Shown here in pieces: positions 50,166 through 61,243 of a stretch of DNA of 64,000 bases. Numbering within the stretch: the stretch's first letter is position 1; every line of letters begins with the position of its first letter. This DNA is from a bacterium (lineage in GTDB: Bacteria; Bacteroidota; Ignavibacteria; Kapaibacteriales; UBA2268). Location: positions 13,071-77,070 of the forward strand of contig JAUIIX010000008.1 in assembly GCA_030431515.1 (NCBI GenBank). Direction: 5' to 3'. The translations under genes were made by a program, and so were the position numbers. The notes beneath the pieces were generated by a model. It did no database searches. It had not been told where the DNA came from and saw only the letters and a list, made by a program, of their open reading frames with translations.

Positions 50166-51947
50166 ATGGCAAAAACTCTTTACTTTTTAATAATTTTTAT
50201 TCCAATTATACTATTTGCTCAAAATCCAAAGTATGATTTTGCAAAGTCTTACCTTGAAAATGGTCAATATGAAGATGCTGCAAGACTATTTAAAGATTTA
50301 TACGATGAAAGTCCAAATAAGATAGAATATTTTGCTGGATTGGTAGAATCTTATAGATTACTTGGCAAAAATTCTGAATTAATTCCCATTGTAAACAAAC
50401 AGTTAAAGAGAGATTACCATCATGTATTAGATGCCCTTTTAGGTGAATTGTATTACAAAACAGGTGAAAAAGAGAAAGCAATTGCACATTGGAATAGTAT
50501 TATTGAAAAAAATAAAGATAATATCAATGTATATTCATCTGTTAGCAATGCCTTAACATTAAATAGAGAATTTAAAGAAGCAATAAAATTATTAATAATT
50601 GCAAAAGACAAATTCAATAACCCTGAGTTAAATGATAAGTTAATTAAATTATACATTTCTGATAATAATTATAAGGAAGGATCACTTTTAGTAATAGAGT
50701 CTTTAGGCAAAGATAAAGACTTAGTAAAAGCACAAGGTCATCTTTATGCTTTTATGACTAATGATGAGAGTAATGCTTACTTAAAATCTTATCTTTTATC
50801 TTTATCAGATAAAAACCCTAATGATATATATATTCAAGAACTTATTGCTTGGTTTTTTAGAACTACTAATGATTTAGCATCTGCTTTTAAAATTTATCAA
50901 AGATTAGACGAACTTAAAAATGTAAATGGAAGAGAAATACTTACATTTGCAGATATATCCAGAAAAGATGGTCATTATCAAGAAGCCTTAATAGCTTATG
51001 AACTTCTGATGGATAATGTAAAATATGAAAGATACAAAAGAAATGCAATTTATGGATATGCACTGACCTTAGAAGATAAAATAGATGATAATATTAAAGT
51101 TAGCGAGAAACAAGCAAAAGAAATTATTAATAGATATGATGACCTAATTAAAATAAATGCAAATAGTAATGAAGCCGCTGATGCAATGTATAGAATCGCA
51201 ATGATTAAAAAGAATTGGTTAAATGATTTTAAGGGGTCTAACAAGGATTTAAGAGAATTGATGGAAAAGTTCCCACGTTCGCCAATTGCAGCTCAAGCAG
51301 GGCTTAGAATAGGGCTTAATTTTCAAGAAATGGGCGAATTATCTAAATCTCAAGAGATTTTACAAGAAGTATATAGTTATCACACTAATAATAATAGAAA
51401 TATTTTTTCTGAAGTTGAGTTTGCTTTAGCAAAAACTATTTATTTCAGTGGAAATATTGACTCTGCAACAATTTTATTTAACTCTTTAATTCATAATGAA
51501 AAAGATGATATTTCAAATGATGCTCTTGAAAAATTGATGTTAATTAACGAAAATAAAGATGTTCCTCAAGCATTATCTGAATATGCGAAAGCTGATTATC
51601 TTCGATTTCAAAATAAACATGAACAAGCTATAAAATCTTTTAATGGAGTTGTGAAAGTTTATCCTGAAACAAAATTAGCTCAAAGAAGTATAATTAATAT
51701 CTCAAGAATATTACTTAAAGATAAAAAATACAGTGAGATAATAAGTTTACTTGAGGATTTTAGATTCAAATACGCTACTTCAATATTCTCTGATGAAGCA
51801 CTTTTATTGCTATCCGAAGCATATCATTTGAGTGGAAATAACGAAAAAGCAATTGAAAAACTAACTGAAATTCTTGTAGATTTTAATAAAAGTATTTATA
51901 TTCAAGATGTTAGAGACAGAATCCGAAAGTATAGGAAAGATATTTAA
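50166..51947 (+). CDS. TPR-repeat protein, secreted
   Basis: Start revised from track ORF 50016 to ATG 50166 (MAKTLYFLIIFIPIILFAQ signal peptide). This removes the 100-bp overlap with the convergent gene. Multiple TPR-like units. Confidence 0.6.
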   Translation: MAKTLYFLIIFIPIILFAQNPKYDFAKSYLENGQYEDAARLFKDLYDESPNKIEYFAGLVESYRLLGKNSELIPIVNKQLKRDYHHVLDALLGELYYKTGEKEKAIAHWNSIIEKNKDNINVYSSVSNALTLNREFKEAIKLLIIAKDKFNNPELNDKLIKLYISDNNYKEGSLLVIESLGKDKDLVKAQGHLYAFMTNDESNAYLKSYLLSLSDKNPNDIYIQELIAWFFRTTNDLASAFKIYQRLDELKNVNGREILTFADISRKDGHYQEALIAYELLMDNVKYERYKRNAIYGYALTLEDKIDDNIKVSEKQAKEIINRYDDLIKINANSNEAADAMYRIAMIKKNWLNDFKGSNKDLRELMEKFPRSPIAAQAGLRIGLNFQEMGELSKSQEILQEVYSYHTNNNRNIFSEVEFALAKTIYFSGNIDSATILFNSLIHNEKDDISNDALEKLMLINENKDVPQALSEYAKADYLRFQNKHEQAIKSFNGVVKVYPETKLAQRSIINISRILLKDKKYSEIISLLEDFRFKYATSIFSDEALLLLSEAYHLSGNNEKAIEKLTEILVDFNKSIYIQDVRDRIRKYRKDI

Positions 51948-51969
51948 CTCGTCAACAATTATATAAAGT

Positions 51970-53148
51970 ATGTTAAAAAAAGAATTAGATATAACAAATA
52001 TAGAACTAACTGAATATATAGCAAATGTAAATATACATAGACACTCTAAATTAAGCAAAAAAGAATTTTTAAATAGGTTAGAATATGTAAAAGCAATTAG
52101 AGTACGTGATGAATCTATTCATTATGATTTAAAAACTTTAGAAGATTTAAAAATTTTAAAATATTTACATGATTTAATTAGAAACGGTAATTTTAAAGGT
52201 TATATATTTGAAAAGTATATACAAAAATATAAAAGACAAATATTTATATTTGGAATACCAAGTAATATTTATTGGTGGTTAAGAAATACAGAATTTGAAA
52301 TAATTCAAAAGCAGTTATATAATTGGCAAGTTGCTTCTTTCTTTATAGATGATGAATTAAAAATGTTAGTAGAAGATGAAATTCATCCATTTATTCTTAA
52401 AGATATTATTAAAATTAAAAAAGAATATTATGATAAATATAGAATAGATAGTATTGATGATTATGATGAATTTGATTTTAAAAAAATCTATAACAACATT
52501 TCAATTGAATTAACAGGTGCTCTACCTCCAAAATTTTTAGATTATCCATTTTTGAAATATGGAATCAATAGTAAAGATTGGAGAATAAAAATTGGTCCTA
52601 CTTGTAATTTTACCATTGAAATTGGCTATTTTACTGAATTTGATTGGATATCTAAATTCGAAAAAAATCAAAATAAATTTGAAAAATATTTAGGAAAATC
52701 ATTTAATAATATTGATTTTGAGGATTATTTAACCCAACTTGAATTTGATTCGTTAGAAAGGTCTGATTCTAAACTAGAATTTTGGGAAATCTGGAAATCT
52801 ACCTTTGAAAACTATGATATATCAAATTCTTTTATTTATGAGAAATTATCGATTGATAATGAATGTGGGAATATTTATTTAATTAAAGAAGAACTTAATA
52901 AATCTATAAAAATAGGATGGACTAAAAGTAATGTTGAGAAAAGATTATTAGCACTTCAGACAGGAAATTCACAAAATTTAATAATTGTAGGATATTTTAG
53001 AACTTCAAGCATACGAACGGAAAAAGCATTGCATCAAAAATTTAAAAACAAAAGAATAAGTAATGGAAGTGAATGGTTTAATCTAAATGAAAATGATATT
53101 AATAATATTCTAGATTCTAAATGGAGAATTGAAAATAATATCTTTTAA
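51970..53148 (+). CDS. T5orf172 (GIY-YIG-like/MUG113) domain protein with unknown ~300-aa N-terminal domain
   Basis: C-terminal IYLIKEELNKSIKIGWTKSNVEKRLLALQTGNSQNL...LHQKFKNKRISNGSEWFNL matches T5orf172 signature. Confidence 0.5.
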   Translation: MLKKELDITNIELTEYIANVNIHRHSKLSKKEFLNRLEYVKAIRVRDESIHYDLKTLEDLKILKYLHDLIRNGNFKGYIFEKYIQKYKRQIFIFGIPSNIYWWLRNTEFEIIQKQLYNWQVASFFIDDELKMLVEDEIHPFILKDIIKIKKEYYDKYRIDSIDDYDEFDFKKIYNNISIELTGALPPKFLDYPFLKYGINSKDWRIKIGPTCNFTIEIGYFTEFDWISKFEKNQNKFEKYLGKSFNNIDFEDYLTQLEFDSLERSDSKLEFWEIWKSTFENYDISNSFIYEKLSIDNECGNIYLIKEELNKSIKIGWTKSNVEKRLLALQTGNSQNLIIVGYFRTSSIRTEKALHQKFKNKRISNGSEWFNLNENDINNILDSKWRIENNIF

Positions 53149-55382
53149 CTCGTTATTATCTTTAGTAACAGTTTAGTTTCATTGAAATCTATTTTATTTC
53201 CTAATAAAAACTGCAAATCACGACTACTCAAATTTGGATTTTCTTTCAAAAGTCTTTTTACTTTTTTAACATCTACTTCATTAAATAAGGTTTCAGCATC
53301 TATATATTTAACTAAACTTAATAAGTTGTTGATAATAGTTGTTTTATTGCTATTAGTTAAAGTAATTATTTCTTTTAATGATTTTTTAGAAGATACAAGT
53401 AACTTCAAGTTATCCAAATTAGTAGAGTAATTATGTTTTTCTATTTTTAATTTCTCTAAAGAATGAATTTCATTCCAAGATTTATCAAACTCAGCTTTAC
53501 TAACATCAATCAATGACCCATAACTGCTTAACTGATCGAAATTATTAATATAAATCTCTTGAGCTTTTGACCCACTTAAAATCTTCCAAGATTGAGATTT
53601 ATTAAACTCTTTTCTTGTTTCTTTATATAAACTACTTATCATATTTTTGATATAAGATATCATTTCATTATTGATGCTTTTGCTTCCAGTGCAAGATGAA
53701 CACCTTCCGCAAGTATCTTCTCTTTCTTCACCAAAATAAGCTAATAAGAAATTACGTTTGCATAAATTAGTTTTAGCGTATTGCTCAACTTGATTTAACT
53801 TATCAATCGAAAATTCTTTTCTTTTTAATAAAGATTCAAAATTAATAGGAATATCTCTGTTATTATATCTTGGCATCAAAAGACTAATAGCTTCCTTGGG
53901 TTTGTATCCTCTAAAATAAATAATATCATTATAAATAAAAGAATTAACAGCTTTATCTATATGCTCTTTATTCAGATTATATTTTCTAATTAATTCATCA
54001 AAATACACAATAGTATAATCATTGGAATTAGAGATTCTTACATTTCTCAAAAATGCTTCAAGTACAGATTTATTCTCTTCGCTTGTAAGTTCAAAATATT
54101 CCTTAACTCTATTTCTATCAGTATTAATTTTGATATAAGCCCAGTTGCTTGCTTTACCAGAACTTATTATATTATTCTTTTCAAGTAAAGATAAGATGTT
54201 TTGAGTTAGGTAATTAGGCATCTTCAAAGCAAAAGCAATATCATTTTGATTACCTTCAAAGCCCTTGCTTGCTGTTTCACCAATTTTGGTATTTGTTTTG
54301 TCATATAGAAAATTATAGACTTTTAGAATATCATCATATTTTGGGTAAGTTAGTTGAATAAAATAATCTTGCAGACCTCTATCACTTGTATGATACAACA
54401 TTATGCATTCTGCTTTCTTTTTATCTCTACCAGCCCTCCCAGATTCTTGATAATAAGACTCTAAAGTACTTGTTAAGTCAATATGAATTACTTTTCGAAC
54501 ATCAGATTTATCAATTCCCATTCCAAAAGCATTAGTAGCAACAATAATATTAGATTCATTTTTCAAAAATCTATCTTGCTGAATTTGTCTAAATTTCTCG
54601 TTCAATCCAGCGTGATAATAACTTACACCATTTATTTTGCCTTTAAGAAAATTATAAGTCTGTTCAACTCTTTTCCTGCTTCCTGCATATATTATCGCTG
54701 AACCATCCAAATCTTTGGTCATCTTGAGGATTTCTTCATTCTTATTATCAACTTCTTTAACTATGTAATTTAAGTTAGGTCTATCAAATCCTTTTACAAA
54801 AACATTAGCTCTTTTTAACTTTAGGGAATAGACAATATCCTCTTGAACATCTTCAGTAGCTGTAGCTGTAAATGCAGCAACAATTGAATTTGGCAAATAC
54901 TCTTTGAGAATATGAACTTTTCGGTAAGCCGGACGAAAATCATGACCCCATTCAGAAATACAATGGGCCTCATCAATTGCAATCAATGGCACATTAAGAT
55001 ATTTTAAAACATCAATAAATGCTTTACTTTCAATTCTTTCAGGAGCTAGATATAACATTTTTATCTTATCTTTTTTCAAATGATTTATAATAATATTCAA
55101 ATCATCATTAGATAAAGTAGAATTAATAAAAGCAGCTGGTATTTTCTTTGCATTTAAAGTATCAACCTGATCCTTCATCAAAGAAATTAAGGGAGAAATC
55201 ACAATCGTTGTACCCTGCAACATTAGGGCAGGTATTTGATAACATATAGACTTACCACCACCAGTAGGCATAATTGCCATAGTATCATTACCAGCTATAA
55301 TTGATTCAATTATCTCCAACTGGCCTAATCTAAATTCATCATAAGAGAAGAACTTATTTAGATATAATAAAGGACTATCCAT
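53145..55382 (-). CDS. recQ: ATP-dependent DNA helicase RecQ
   Basis: Walker A MPTGGGKS, DEAH box (IDEAHCISEWGHDFR), RecQ-C zinc-binding Cys cluster (CGRCSSC) and HRDC-like tail. Confidence 0.9.
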   Translation of the reverse strand: MDSPLLYLNKFFSYDEFRLGQLEIIESIIAGNDTMAIMPTGGGKSICYQIPALMLQGTTIVISPLISLMKDQVDTLNAKKIPAAFINSTLSNDDLNIIINHLKKDKIKMLYLAPERIESKAFIDVLKYLNVPLIAIDEAHCISEWGHDFRPAYRKVHILKEYLPNSIVAAFTATATEDVQEDIVYSLKLKRANVFVKGFDRPNLNYIVKEVDNKNEEILKMTKDLDGSAIIYAGSRKRVEQTYNFLKGKINGVSYYHAGLNEKFRQIQQDRFLKNESNIIVATNAFGMGIDKSDVRKVIHIDLTSTLESYYQESGRAGRDKKKAECIMLYHTSDRGLQDYFIQLTYPKYDDILKVYNFLYDKTNTKIGETASKGFEGNQNDIAFALKMPNYLTQNILSLLEKNNIISSGKASNWAYIKINTDRNRVKEYFELTSEENKSVLEAFLRNVRISNSNDYTIVYFDELIRKYNLNKEHIDKAVNSFIYNDIIYFRGYKPKEAISLLMPRYNNRDIPINFESLLKRKEFSIDKLNQVEQYAKTNLCKRNFLLAYFGEEREDTCGRCSSCTGSKSINNEMISYIKNMISSLYKETRKEFNKSQSWKILSGSKAQEIYINNFDQLSSYGSLIDVSKAEFDKSWNEIHSLEKLKIEKHNYSTNLDNLKLLVSSKKSLKEIITLTNSNKTTIINNLLSLVKYIDAETLFNEVDVKKVKRLLKENPNLSSRDLQFLLGNKIDFNETKLLLKIITS

Positions 55383-56738
55383 TTATAACAAATTACTTAT
55401 TTTAGAAATTAAACTATTACATTCTTCTTTACTTTTAGCTTCAGCAATTATCCTAATTATTGGCTCTGTATTACTACGTCTAACCTGCACCCAAGATTGA
55501 GGAAAATCTACTCTTATCCCATCTTCAGTATTAAATTTGCTATCCTTAAATTCATTTTTAACAGAATTAACTAAATCGCTGAAATCCTTGTCAAAAGTAA
55601 ACTTAGTTTTAACAATTTCATAACTTGGAAGTGAGTCTGCTAATTCACTCATAGTAAGTTCAGAGTTTGAAACTAAATAACTAAGCAAAGCAATACCAAC
55701 TAAACTATCTCTACCATAATGCGAATCTGGAAATATAACTCCTCCACTTCCTTCGCCACCAATAATAGAATTATTAGATTTCATTTTCTCAACAACATTA
55801 ATTTCACCAACAGCAGATCTTTCAATTTTAGCACCAAATTCAATAGCTAAATCTTCAATCATTCTCGAACTTGATAAATTAACAGTAGCAATCAAATCTT
55901 TTTTACCTTTATAAAAATCAAATACTGCTTTAGCTGCTAAAACAATAGTTTTCTCTTCACCAATTGGCTCGCCGTTTTCATCAATAATCACTAATCTATC
56001 GGCATCTGGGTCGATAGCAAGTCCAAAATCAGAATTAGTATTATAAACTTCTTCAGATAATTTTTCCAAATTTTCAGGGATTGGCTCAGGAGTATGTAAA
56101 AATACACCTGAAGCATCACAATACAATCTAACAACTTCATAACCCAACTCTTCCAATAAACTTGGGATAATCAAAGAGCCAGAGCAATTTACTGCATCAA
56201 CTACAACTTTCTTCTTTTTAGATGTAATTTTAGAAATTGTATCGTTTTTCTTGATAATATCCAAATTAAGAACATCATTAATGTGTTTATCATTAGGATT
56301 TTCAATCACTTCAGATTTAGATATAACTAATTCAGGAAAAACAAAATCATTAGCATCAAGCAAAGCCCAAAGTTTTTCATTTAACTCTTGATTTAGAAAA
56401 ACACCATTCCCATCTAAAAACTTTAAGCCACACCAATCTTGAGGGTTATGAGAAGCAGTAATAACAATTCCACCAATTGCGTTAGTTTTTTCAGTATAAA
56501 ATTGAACAGTCGGGGTAGGAACCATACCTAATATAATTAACTCTCTACCCAAAGACTCAAAAGTTCCAATTAAACACTTTTCAATCCAAGAACTACCAAG
56601 GCGACCATCTTTACCGATCACTATTTTTCCACTTGGCATAACTTTACTATATGAATATGCGTAGTTACATATTAACTGAGGAGTCAATCCAGAACCGAAT
56701 TGTGCCCTCAAACCAGAAATAGAACGAATAATAGCCAT
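55383..56738 (-). CDS. glmM: phosphoglucosamine mutase / phosphohexomutase family
   Basis: Active-site Ser loop GIVITASHNP, Mg-binding DPDADR, four-domain PGM/PMM length (451 aa). GlmM vs other PMM/PGM cannot be resolved by eye. Confidence 0.6.
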   Translation of the reverse strand: MAIIRSISGLRAQFGSGLTPQLICNYAYSYSKVMPSGKIVIGKDGRLGSSWIEKCLIGTFESLGRELIILGMVPTPTVQFYTEKTNAIGGIVITASHNPQDWCGLKFLDGNGVFLNQELNEKLWALLDANDFVFPELVISKSEVIENPNDKHINDVLNLDIIKKNDTISKITSKKKKVVVDAVNCSGSLIIPSLLEELGYEVVRLYCDASGVFLHTPEPIPENLEKLSEEVYNTNSDFGLAIDPDADRLVIIDENGEPIGEEKTIVLAAKAVFDFYKGKKDLIATVNLSSSRMIEDLAIEFGAKIERSAVGEINVVEKMKSNNSIIGGEGSGGVIFPDSHYGRDSLVGIALLSYLVSNSELTMSELADSLPSYEIVKTKFTFDKDFSDLVNSVKNEFKDSKFNTEDGIRVDFPQSWVQVRRSNTEPIIRIIAEAKSKEECNSLISKISNLL

Positions 56739-56799
56739 AATCCAATATTTTTTTTAGTTAAAAGTCTATTTCAAAATTAAAAAACAAAAGGTAAATAAA

Positions 56800-57246
56800 A
56801 TGGAAATGTTAAAAAATAATCCTTATATCCCATTAATCTCAAGAATAATTGTTGGGTCAGTATTTATAGTTGTGGGAGTTACCAAAATATTAGATCCAAA
56901 ACTATTTGCAAATGAAATAGGAAACTACGATTTATTACCAAACTATGTGCTACATATCCCGGCAATCATCTTACCTTGGATAGAATTAGTAGTAGGAATG
57001 CTATTAGTATTAGGAATAAAATTAAAAACAAACTCATTAATAGCAGGAACATTGTTAGTTATTTTCACAATTGGGGTAATAACTGCATGGAGTAGGGGCT
57101 TAGATATAAACTGTGGATGTTTCTCAGCAATCAAAGAAGAGAAAGTGGGACTAAGCAAAGTATTACAGAACTCAGGATTAATCCTCCTAACAATACTAAC
57201 ATTCATTTCAAACTCAACAAAATTCAAACTAAAATCAGAAGATTAA
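56800..57246 (+). CDS. DoxX/MauE-family membrane protein
   Basis: 4 TM. RIIVGSVFIVVGVTKILDP ... LPWIELVVGMLL ... CGCF motif. Confidence 0.55.
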   Translation: MEMLKNNPYIPLISRIIVGSVFIVVGVTKILDPKLFANEIGNYDLLPNYVLHIPAIILPWIELVVGMLLVLGIKLKTNSLIAGTLLVIFTIGVITAWSRGLDINCGCFSAIKEEKVGLSKVLQNSGLILLTILTFISNSTKFKLKSED

Positions 57247-57282
57247 AGTTTAATTAAATAAAGTAAACAGAAAAATCAAGAC

Positions 57283-57323
57283 GACCCTTCAGAAGAAACT
57301 TAAATTCGGAAGGGTTATTTTTT
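57283..57323 (+). terminator. rho-independent terminator after DoxX-like gene
   Basis: Stem ACCCTTC/GAAGGGT followed by TTATTTTTT. Confidence 0.5.
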
Positions 57324-57545
57324 GGAATATGATCGAATATAAAAATTAAAAACTTATTTTGCTTAGTCGAAAAGATGTCATTCTGAGTGAATTTATAAAT
57401 AATATTATCTTATAAGTAAGTTTGGGCTTCAGTTCAACTGTAAATACCAATAATAAAGGGCTTTAGCCCAACATCTTGTTCTATGAAATCTGAGTAATCA
57501 GTACAAATCTGTGATTCTGTATTTTCCTCATTTTGGGATAACTCT

Positions 57546-57580
57546 AATAAAAAAGCACTCCCGAAGAAGTGCTTTTATTA
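57546..57580. terminator. bidirectional terminator downstream of aconitase (minus)
   Basis: Stem AGCACT/AGTGCT with loop cccgaaga, flanked by A-run and T-run, 25 nt past aconitase stop. Confidence 0.55.
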
Positions 57581-57602
57581 AAAATTAGCAATAAATAATT
57601 AA

Positions 57603-59873
57603 TTATTTATTAGCAAATTTAGTCTTGATAAGATTCAATGCAGATCCTGCTTTAAACCATTCAATTTGTTGTTCGTTATATGTATGATTACATTTTATCT
57701 CAAATGAAGTTCCATCACTATGAGTTACTTTTAAAGTTAATTGTTTGCCAGTTGCAAATGAATCTAAATCTAAGAAGTCAAATGTATCGTCTTCTTGTAT
57801 TAAATCATAATCAGATGGATTTGCAAATGTTAAACCAAGCATACCTTGTTTTTTAAGGTTTGTTTCATGAATTCTTGCAAATGATTTAACTAAAATAACT
57901 CTAACTCCTAAGTGACGAGGTTGCATAGCAGCGTGTTCTCTGGAAGAGCCTTCACCATAATTTTCATCACCAACTACTATTGATGGAATTCCTTTTGATT
58001 TGTAAATTCTTTGAACATCAGGAACACCAGCATAAGTGCCATCTAATTGATTTTTAACACTGTTAGTTTCTTTAGTGAAAGCATTGATTGCACCTGTTAA
58101 AGTGTTATCTGCTATATTATCAATGTGACCTCTGAATTTTAACCATGGACCAGCCATTGAAATGTGGTCAGTTGTACATTTGCCAAATGCTTTAATAAGT
58201 AGTTTCATTCCTGTTATGTTTTTTCCATCCCAAGGAGTAAATGGTGCTAATAATTGAAGTCTTTTTGAGTTTACATCTACATCAATTGTAACGCCACTTC
58301 CGTCTTCAGCAGGAGCTTGGTAACCAGCATCTTCTACAGCAAATCCTTTTGAAGGTAATTCCATTCCAGTTGGCTCATCAAGCATCACTTCTTTGCCATC
58401 TTTATTAATTAACTTGTCAGTCATTGGATTAAAATCTAATGTACCAGCAATAGCAAAAGCTGTTGTAATTTCAGGAGATGCAACAAAAGCGTGTGTCTGT
58501 GGATTACCATCATTTCTTTTTGCAAAGTTTCTATTGAAAGAAGTCATGATAGAGTTTCTACGTTTTGGATCGTCTGTATGTCTTGCCCATTGACCAATAC
58601 AAGGACCACAAGCATTCGCAAGAACAACGCCATTTATTTCTTTGAATAATTCAAGTAAACCATCTCTTTCGATTGTATATCTTACAAGTTCAGAACCAGG
58701 TGTAACAGTAAATTCAGCTTTTGCTTCAAGATTTTTCTCTTTTGCTTGTTTAGCAATAGATGCTGCTCTTGATATATCTTCATAAGAAGAGTTAGTACAA
58801 GAACCTATTAAACCAACTTCAAGAGCCATTGGCCAATTTTCATCTTTAGCTTTTTGAGCAAATTGACTAACAGGAGTAGCTAAATCTGGAGTAAAAGGAC
58901 CATTGATATGTGGCTCTAATTCAGATAAATTAATTTCAATTACTTGGTCAAAATATTTTTCTGGAGTAGCGTAAACTTCTGGGTCAGCTGTTAAATGTTC
59001 TTTCACATTGTTAGCTAAATCAGCGATTCCTGCTCTACTTGTACCACGTAAATATCTTTCCATTGATTCATCATAAGGGAAGATAGAAGTAGTCGCTCCA
59101 ATTTCAGCACCCATATTACAAATTGTACCTTTACCAGTACATGACATTGATTCAGCACCTTCACCAAAATATTCTACTATTGCACCTGTTCCACCTTTTA
59201 CAGTAAGAATACCAGCCACTTTAAGTATAACATCTTTAGGAGAAGTCCAACCAGATAATTTACCTGTTAATTTTACACCGATAAGTTTCGGGAATTTCAA
59301 TTCCCAAGCCATACCAGCCATTACATCAACTGCATCTGCTCCACCAACTCCAATAGCTACCATTCCTAATCCACCAGCGTTAGGTGTATGAGAATCAGTA
59401 CCAATCATCATTCCTCCAGGGAATGCGTAATTTTCTAAAACTACTTGGTGAATAATACCTGCACCAGGTTTCCAAAATCCAATTCCATATTTATTAGAAA
59501 CAGTGGATAAAAAGTCATAAACTTCTTTATTTGTTGTATTTGCAGTTTTTAAGTCAGAAATAGCACCTGTTTTTGCTTGAATTAAGTGATCACAGTGAAC
59601 TGTAGAAGGCACAGCTACTTTTTTTAAACCAGATTGCATAAATTGAAGTAAAGCCATTTGAGCAGTTGCATCTTGCATAGCCACTCTATCTGGAGCGAAA
59701 TCAACATAATCCTTGCCACGAGCATATTCTTTCAAATCTGCTTTATCGTACAAGTGAGTATAAAGTATTTTTTCAGTTAAAGTTAATGGTTTATCTACAA
59801 TTTGACGAACATTGTTAAGTTTATGTTCGAACTTTTCATAAACTTTTTTAACCATATCTAAGTCAAAAGCCAT
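57603..59873 (-). CDS. acnA: aconitate hydratase (mitochondrial-type aconitase A family)
   Basis: 756 aa. Fe-S cluster ligand regions (IGSCTNSS; [11 protein letters not shown]), substrate-binding SRE/NRNF motifs ([15 protein letters not shown]). Conserved N-terminus. Confidence 0.9.
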   Translation of the reverse strand: MAFDLDMVKKVYEKFEHKLNNVRQIVDKPLTLTEKILYTHLYDKADLKEYARGKDYVDFAPDRVAMQDATAQMALLQFMQSGLKKVAVPSTVHCDHLIQAKTGAISDLKTANTTNKEVYDFLSTVSNKYGIGFWKPGAGIIHQVVLENYAFPGGMMIGTDSHTPNAGGLGMVAIGVGGADAVDVMAGMAWELKFPKLIGVKLTGKLSGWTSPKDVILKVAGILTVKGGTGAIVEYFGEGAESMSCTGKGTICNMGAEIGATTSIFPYDESMERYLRGTSRAGIADLANNVKEHLTADPEVYATPEKYFDQVIEINLSELEPHINGPFTPDLATPVSQFAQKAKDENWPMALEVGLIGSCTNSSYEDISRAASIAKQAKEKNLEAKAEFTVTPGSELVRYTIERDGLLELFKEINGVVLANACGPCIGQWARHTDDPKRRNSIMTSFNRNFAKRNDGNPQTHAFVASPEITTAFAIAGTLDFNPMTDKLINKDGKEVMLDEPTGMELPSKGFAVEDAGYQAPAEDGSGVTIDVDVNSKRLQLLAPFTPWDGKNITGMKLLIKAFGKCTTDHISMAGPWLKFRGHIDNIADNTLTGAINAFTKETNSVKNQLDGTYAGVPDVQRIYKSKGIPSIVVGDENYGEGSSREHAAMQPRHLGVRVILVKSFARIHETNLKKQGMLGLTFANPSDYDLIQEDDTFDFLDLDSFATGKQLTLKVTHSDGTSFEIKCNHTYNEQQIEWFKAGSALNLIKTKFANK

Positions 59874-60083
59874 AAAATCCTCCGATTATTTTTCTAAATT
59901 TTAATTATTTTAATTTACAAATATACGAAAAATAAAGGGAATATTTATTTATTTTGAATTAACAATCTATGTTTCAATTTTGCATAAGTACATTATTACT
60001 TCGCTTAATACTCAAAATATCACTCAAATTAAATTTAAGCAATTAATCTTTCCTTTCCACCCAAAAATCCTCTCAAAGAACTT

Positions 60084-60251
60084 TTCCGCAGTCTTCTCCC
60101 TATCATTCAGAGCGAAGCGAAGAACCCACTGCTTGCTTTCCCTGTCATTCTGAACGAAGTGAAGAATTTCTTAAGCATTAACTACTTCTATCATAGTACT
60201 TTACAAGCCCAAAACCCACTGGAAGAATATCTCCGCCGTCTCAAATGGTAT
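60084..60251 (+). repeat. ~170-bp composite repeat (MITE-like), copy A
   Basis: ~85% identical to 60964-61151. Contains two direct 26-nt motif units (60102-60127; 60144-60167). Bounded by TTCCGCNGTCT-like direct repeats. Confidence 0.65.
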
Positions 60252-60367
60252 TTATGAATTTATTTAAGGGATTTAATTTATCTTTTGAGCTAATGTTATC
60301 GTCATTTAGGATTTCTCTTCTTAAATTTTTTTATTTTTATAAATTCTTTTTGTAATTCAGCTATTTT

Positions 60368-60832
60368 GTGATAATTTTGAGTAACCCAAAGAATATTCTT
60401 TCTTTTTATCTTACAATTATAATTGGTAAATATATGGCATTGAGTGACTTCTCGATTTTTTATGATAATGAAAATAAAGTTGTAATAGCTAAAATAATAA
60501 GTAAATATGCTAACTTAAATGATCCGACTTTCTATATAGATTCTACTGAATTAATTCGCAAACTTTTAATTGAAAATAATTGTTTTAAGTTATTTGCGGA
60601 CTACTCATTGATTGGCATTCAAATGAGTTATGAAATGGAGTATTACTATGCGAAAAACATTAATAAGGTTTTTGACTATCCAGATGGGACTATAAGCTCC
60701 ATTTATGAAGGTGAATTTTACTCTAAAAAAAAATGGGCTCTCATTAAGAATATTTTTAAAGAAGATGGAGTTACAAACATAGAGTTTTTTGGTGACTACG
60801 ACGAAGCAATGGCTTGGCTAAAAAGTAAGTAA
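60368..60832 (+). CDS. hypothetical protein (154 aa) flanked by direct MITE-like repeats
   Basis: ORF only. No recognisable motifs. Confidence 0.35.
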   Translation: MIILSNPKNILSFYLTIIIGKYMALSDFSIFYDNENKVVIAKIISKYANLNDPTFYIDSTELIRKLLIENNCFKLFADYSLIGIQMSYEMEYYYAKNINKVFDYPDGTISSIYEGEFYSKKKWALIKNIFKEDGVTNIEFFGDYDEAMAWLKSK

Positions 60833-60963
60833 AACATTTTAATCTGCTTTTCAATTCCTTCTGCTGTCTCGAAAAATATATAAACATCAGAAAGAAGAAC
60901 CTATTGTATTAAGATATAAATTTTGTAAAGAGGCATAAGCTCCTCAATCAGATTTTTAAATAT

Positions 60964-61151
60964 TTCCGCCGTCTTCTCTCTGTCATTCAGAGCGAAGCGA
61001 AGAATCCACTGACTGCTTTCTCTGTCATTCTTAAATATGAGACCGTCATTCTGAACGAAGTGAAGTATCTCCCAAGCATTTTATACGTCTATCATAGCAC
61101 TTTACAAGCCCAAAACCCTCTCGAAGAACATTTCCGCAGTATCGAATGGTA
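60964..61151 (+). repeat. ~190-bp composite repeat (MITE-like), copy B, with 21-bp internal insertion
   Basis: Aligned to 60084-60251. Motif units at 60982-61007 and 61045-61068, plus a partial extra unit at 61024-61030. Confidence 0.65.
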
Positions 61152-61243
61152 TATGCGGCGATATGAAGATAAATACTACCTTTATAAATATTTAATTACA
61201 AAGCAATAATATTTTGAAGAGCTTATTCATAAGAATTTCTAAC

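Noticed and set aside
50290-52058. Short minus-strand ORFs (50290..50487, 50453..50656, 51050..51244, 51861..52058)
   Set aside because: All embedded in the TPR/T5orf172 genes. AT-rich artefacts.
53182-54701. Plus-strand ORFs inside recQ
   Set aside because: Embedded in a high-confidence CDS.
56943-57227. Antisense ORF in the DoxX-like gene
   Set aside because: Embedded. The DoxX frame has TM periodicity and a CGCF motif.
58393-58593. Antisense ORF in aconitase
   Set aside because: Embedded in a high-confidence CDS.
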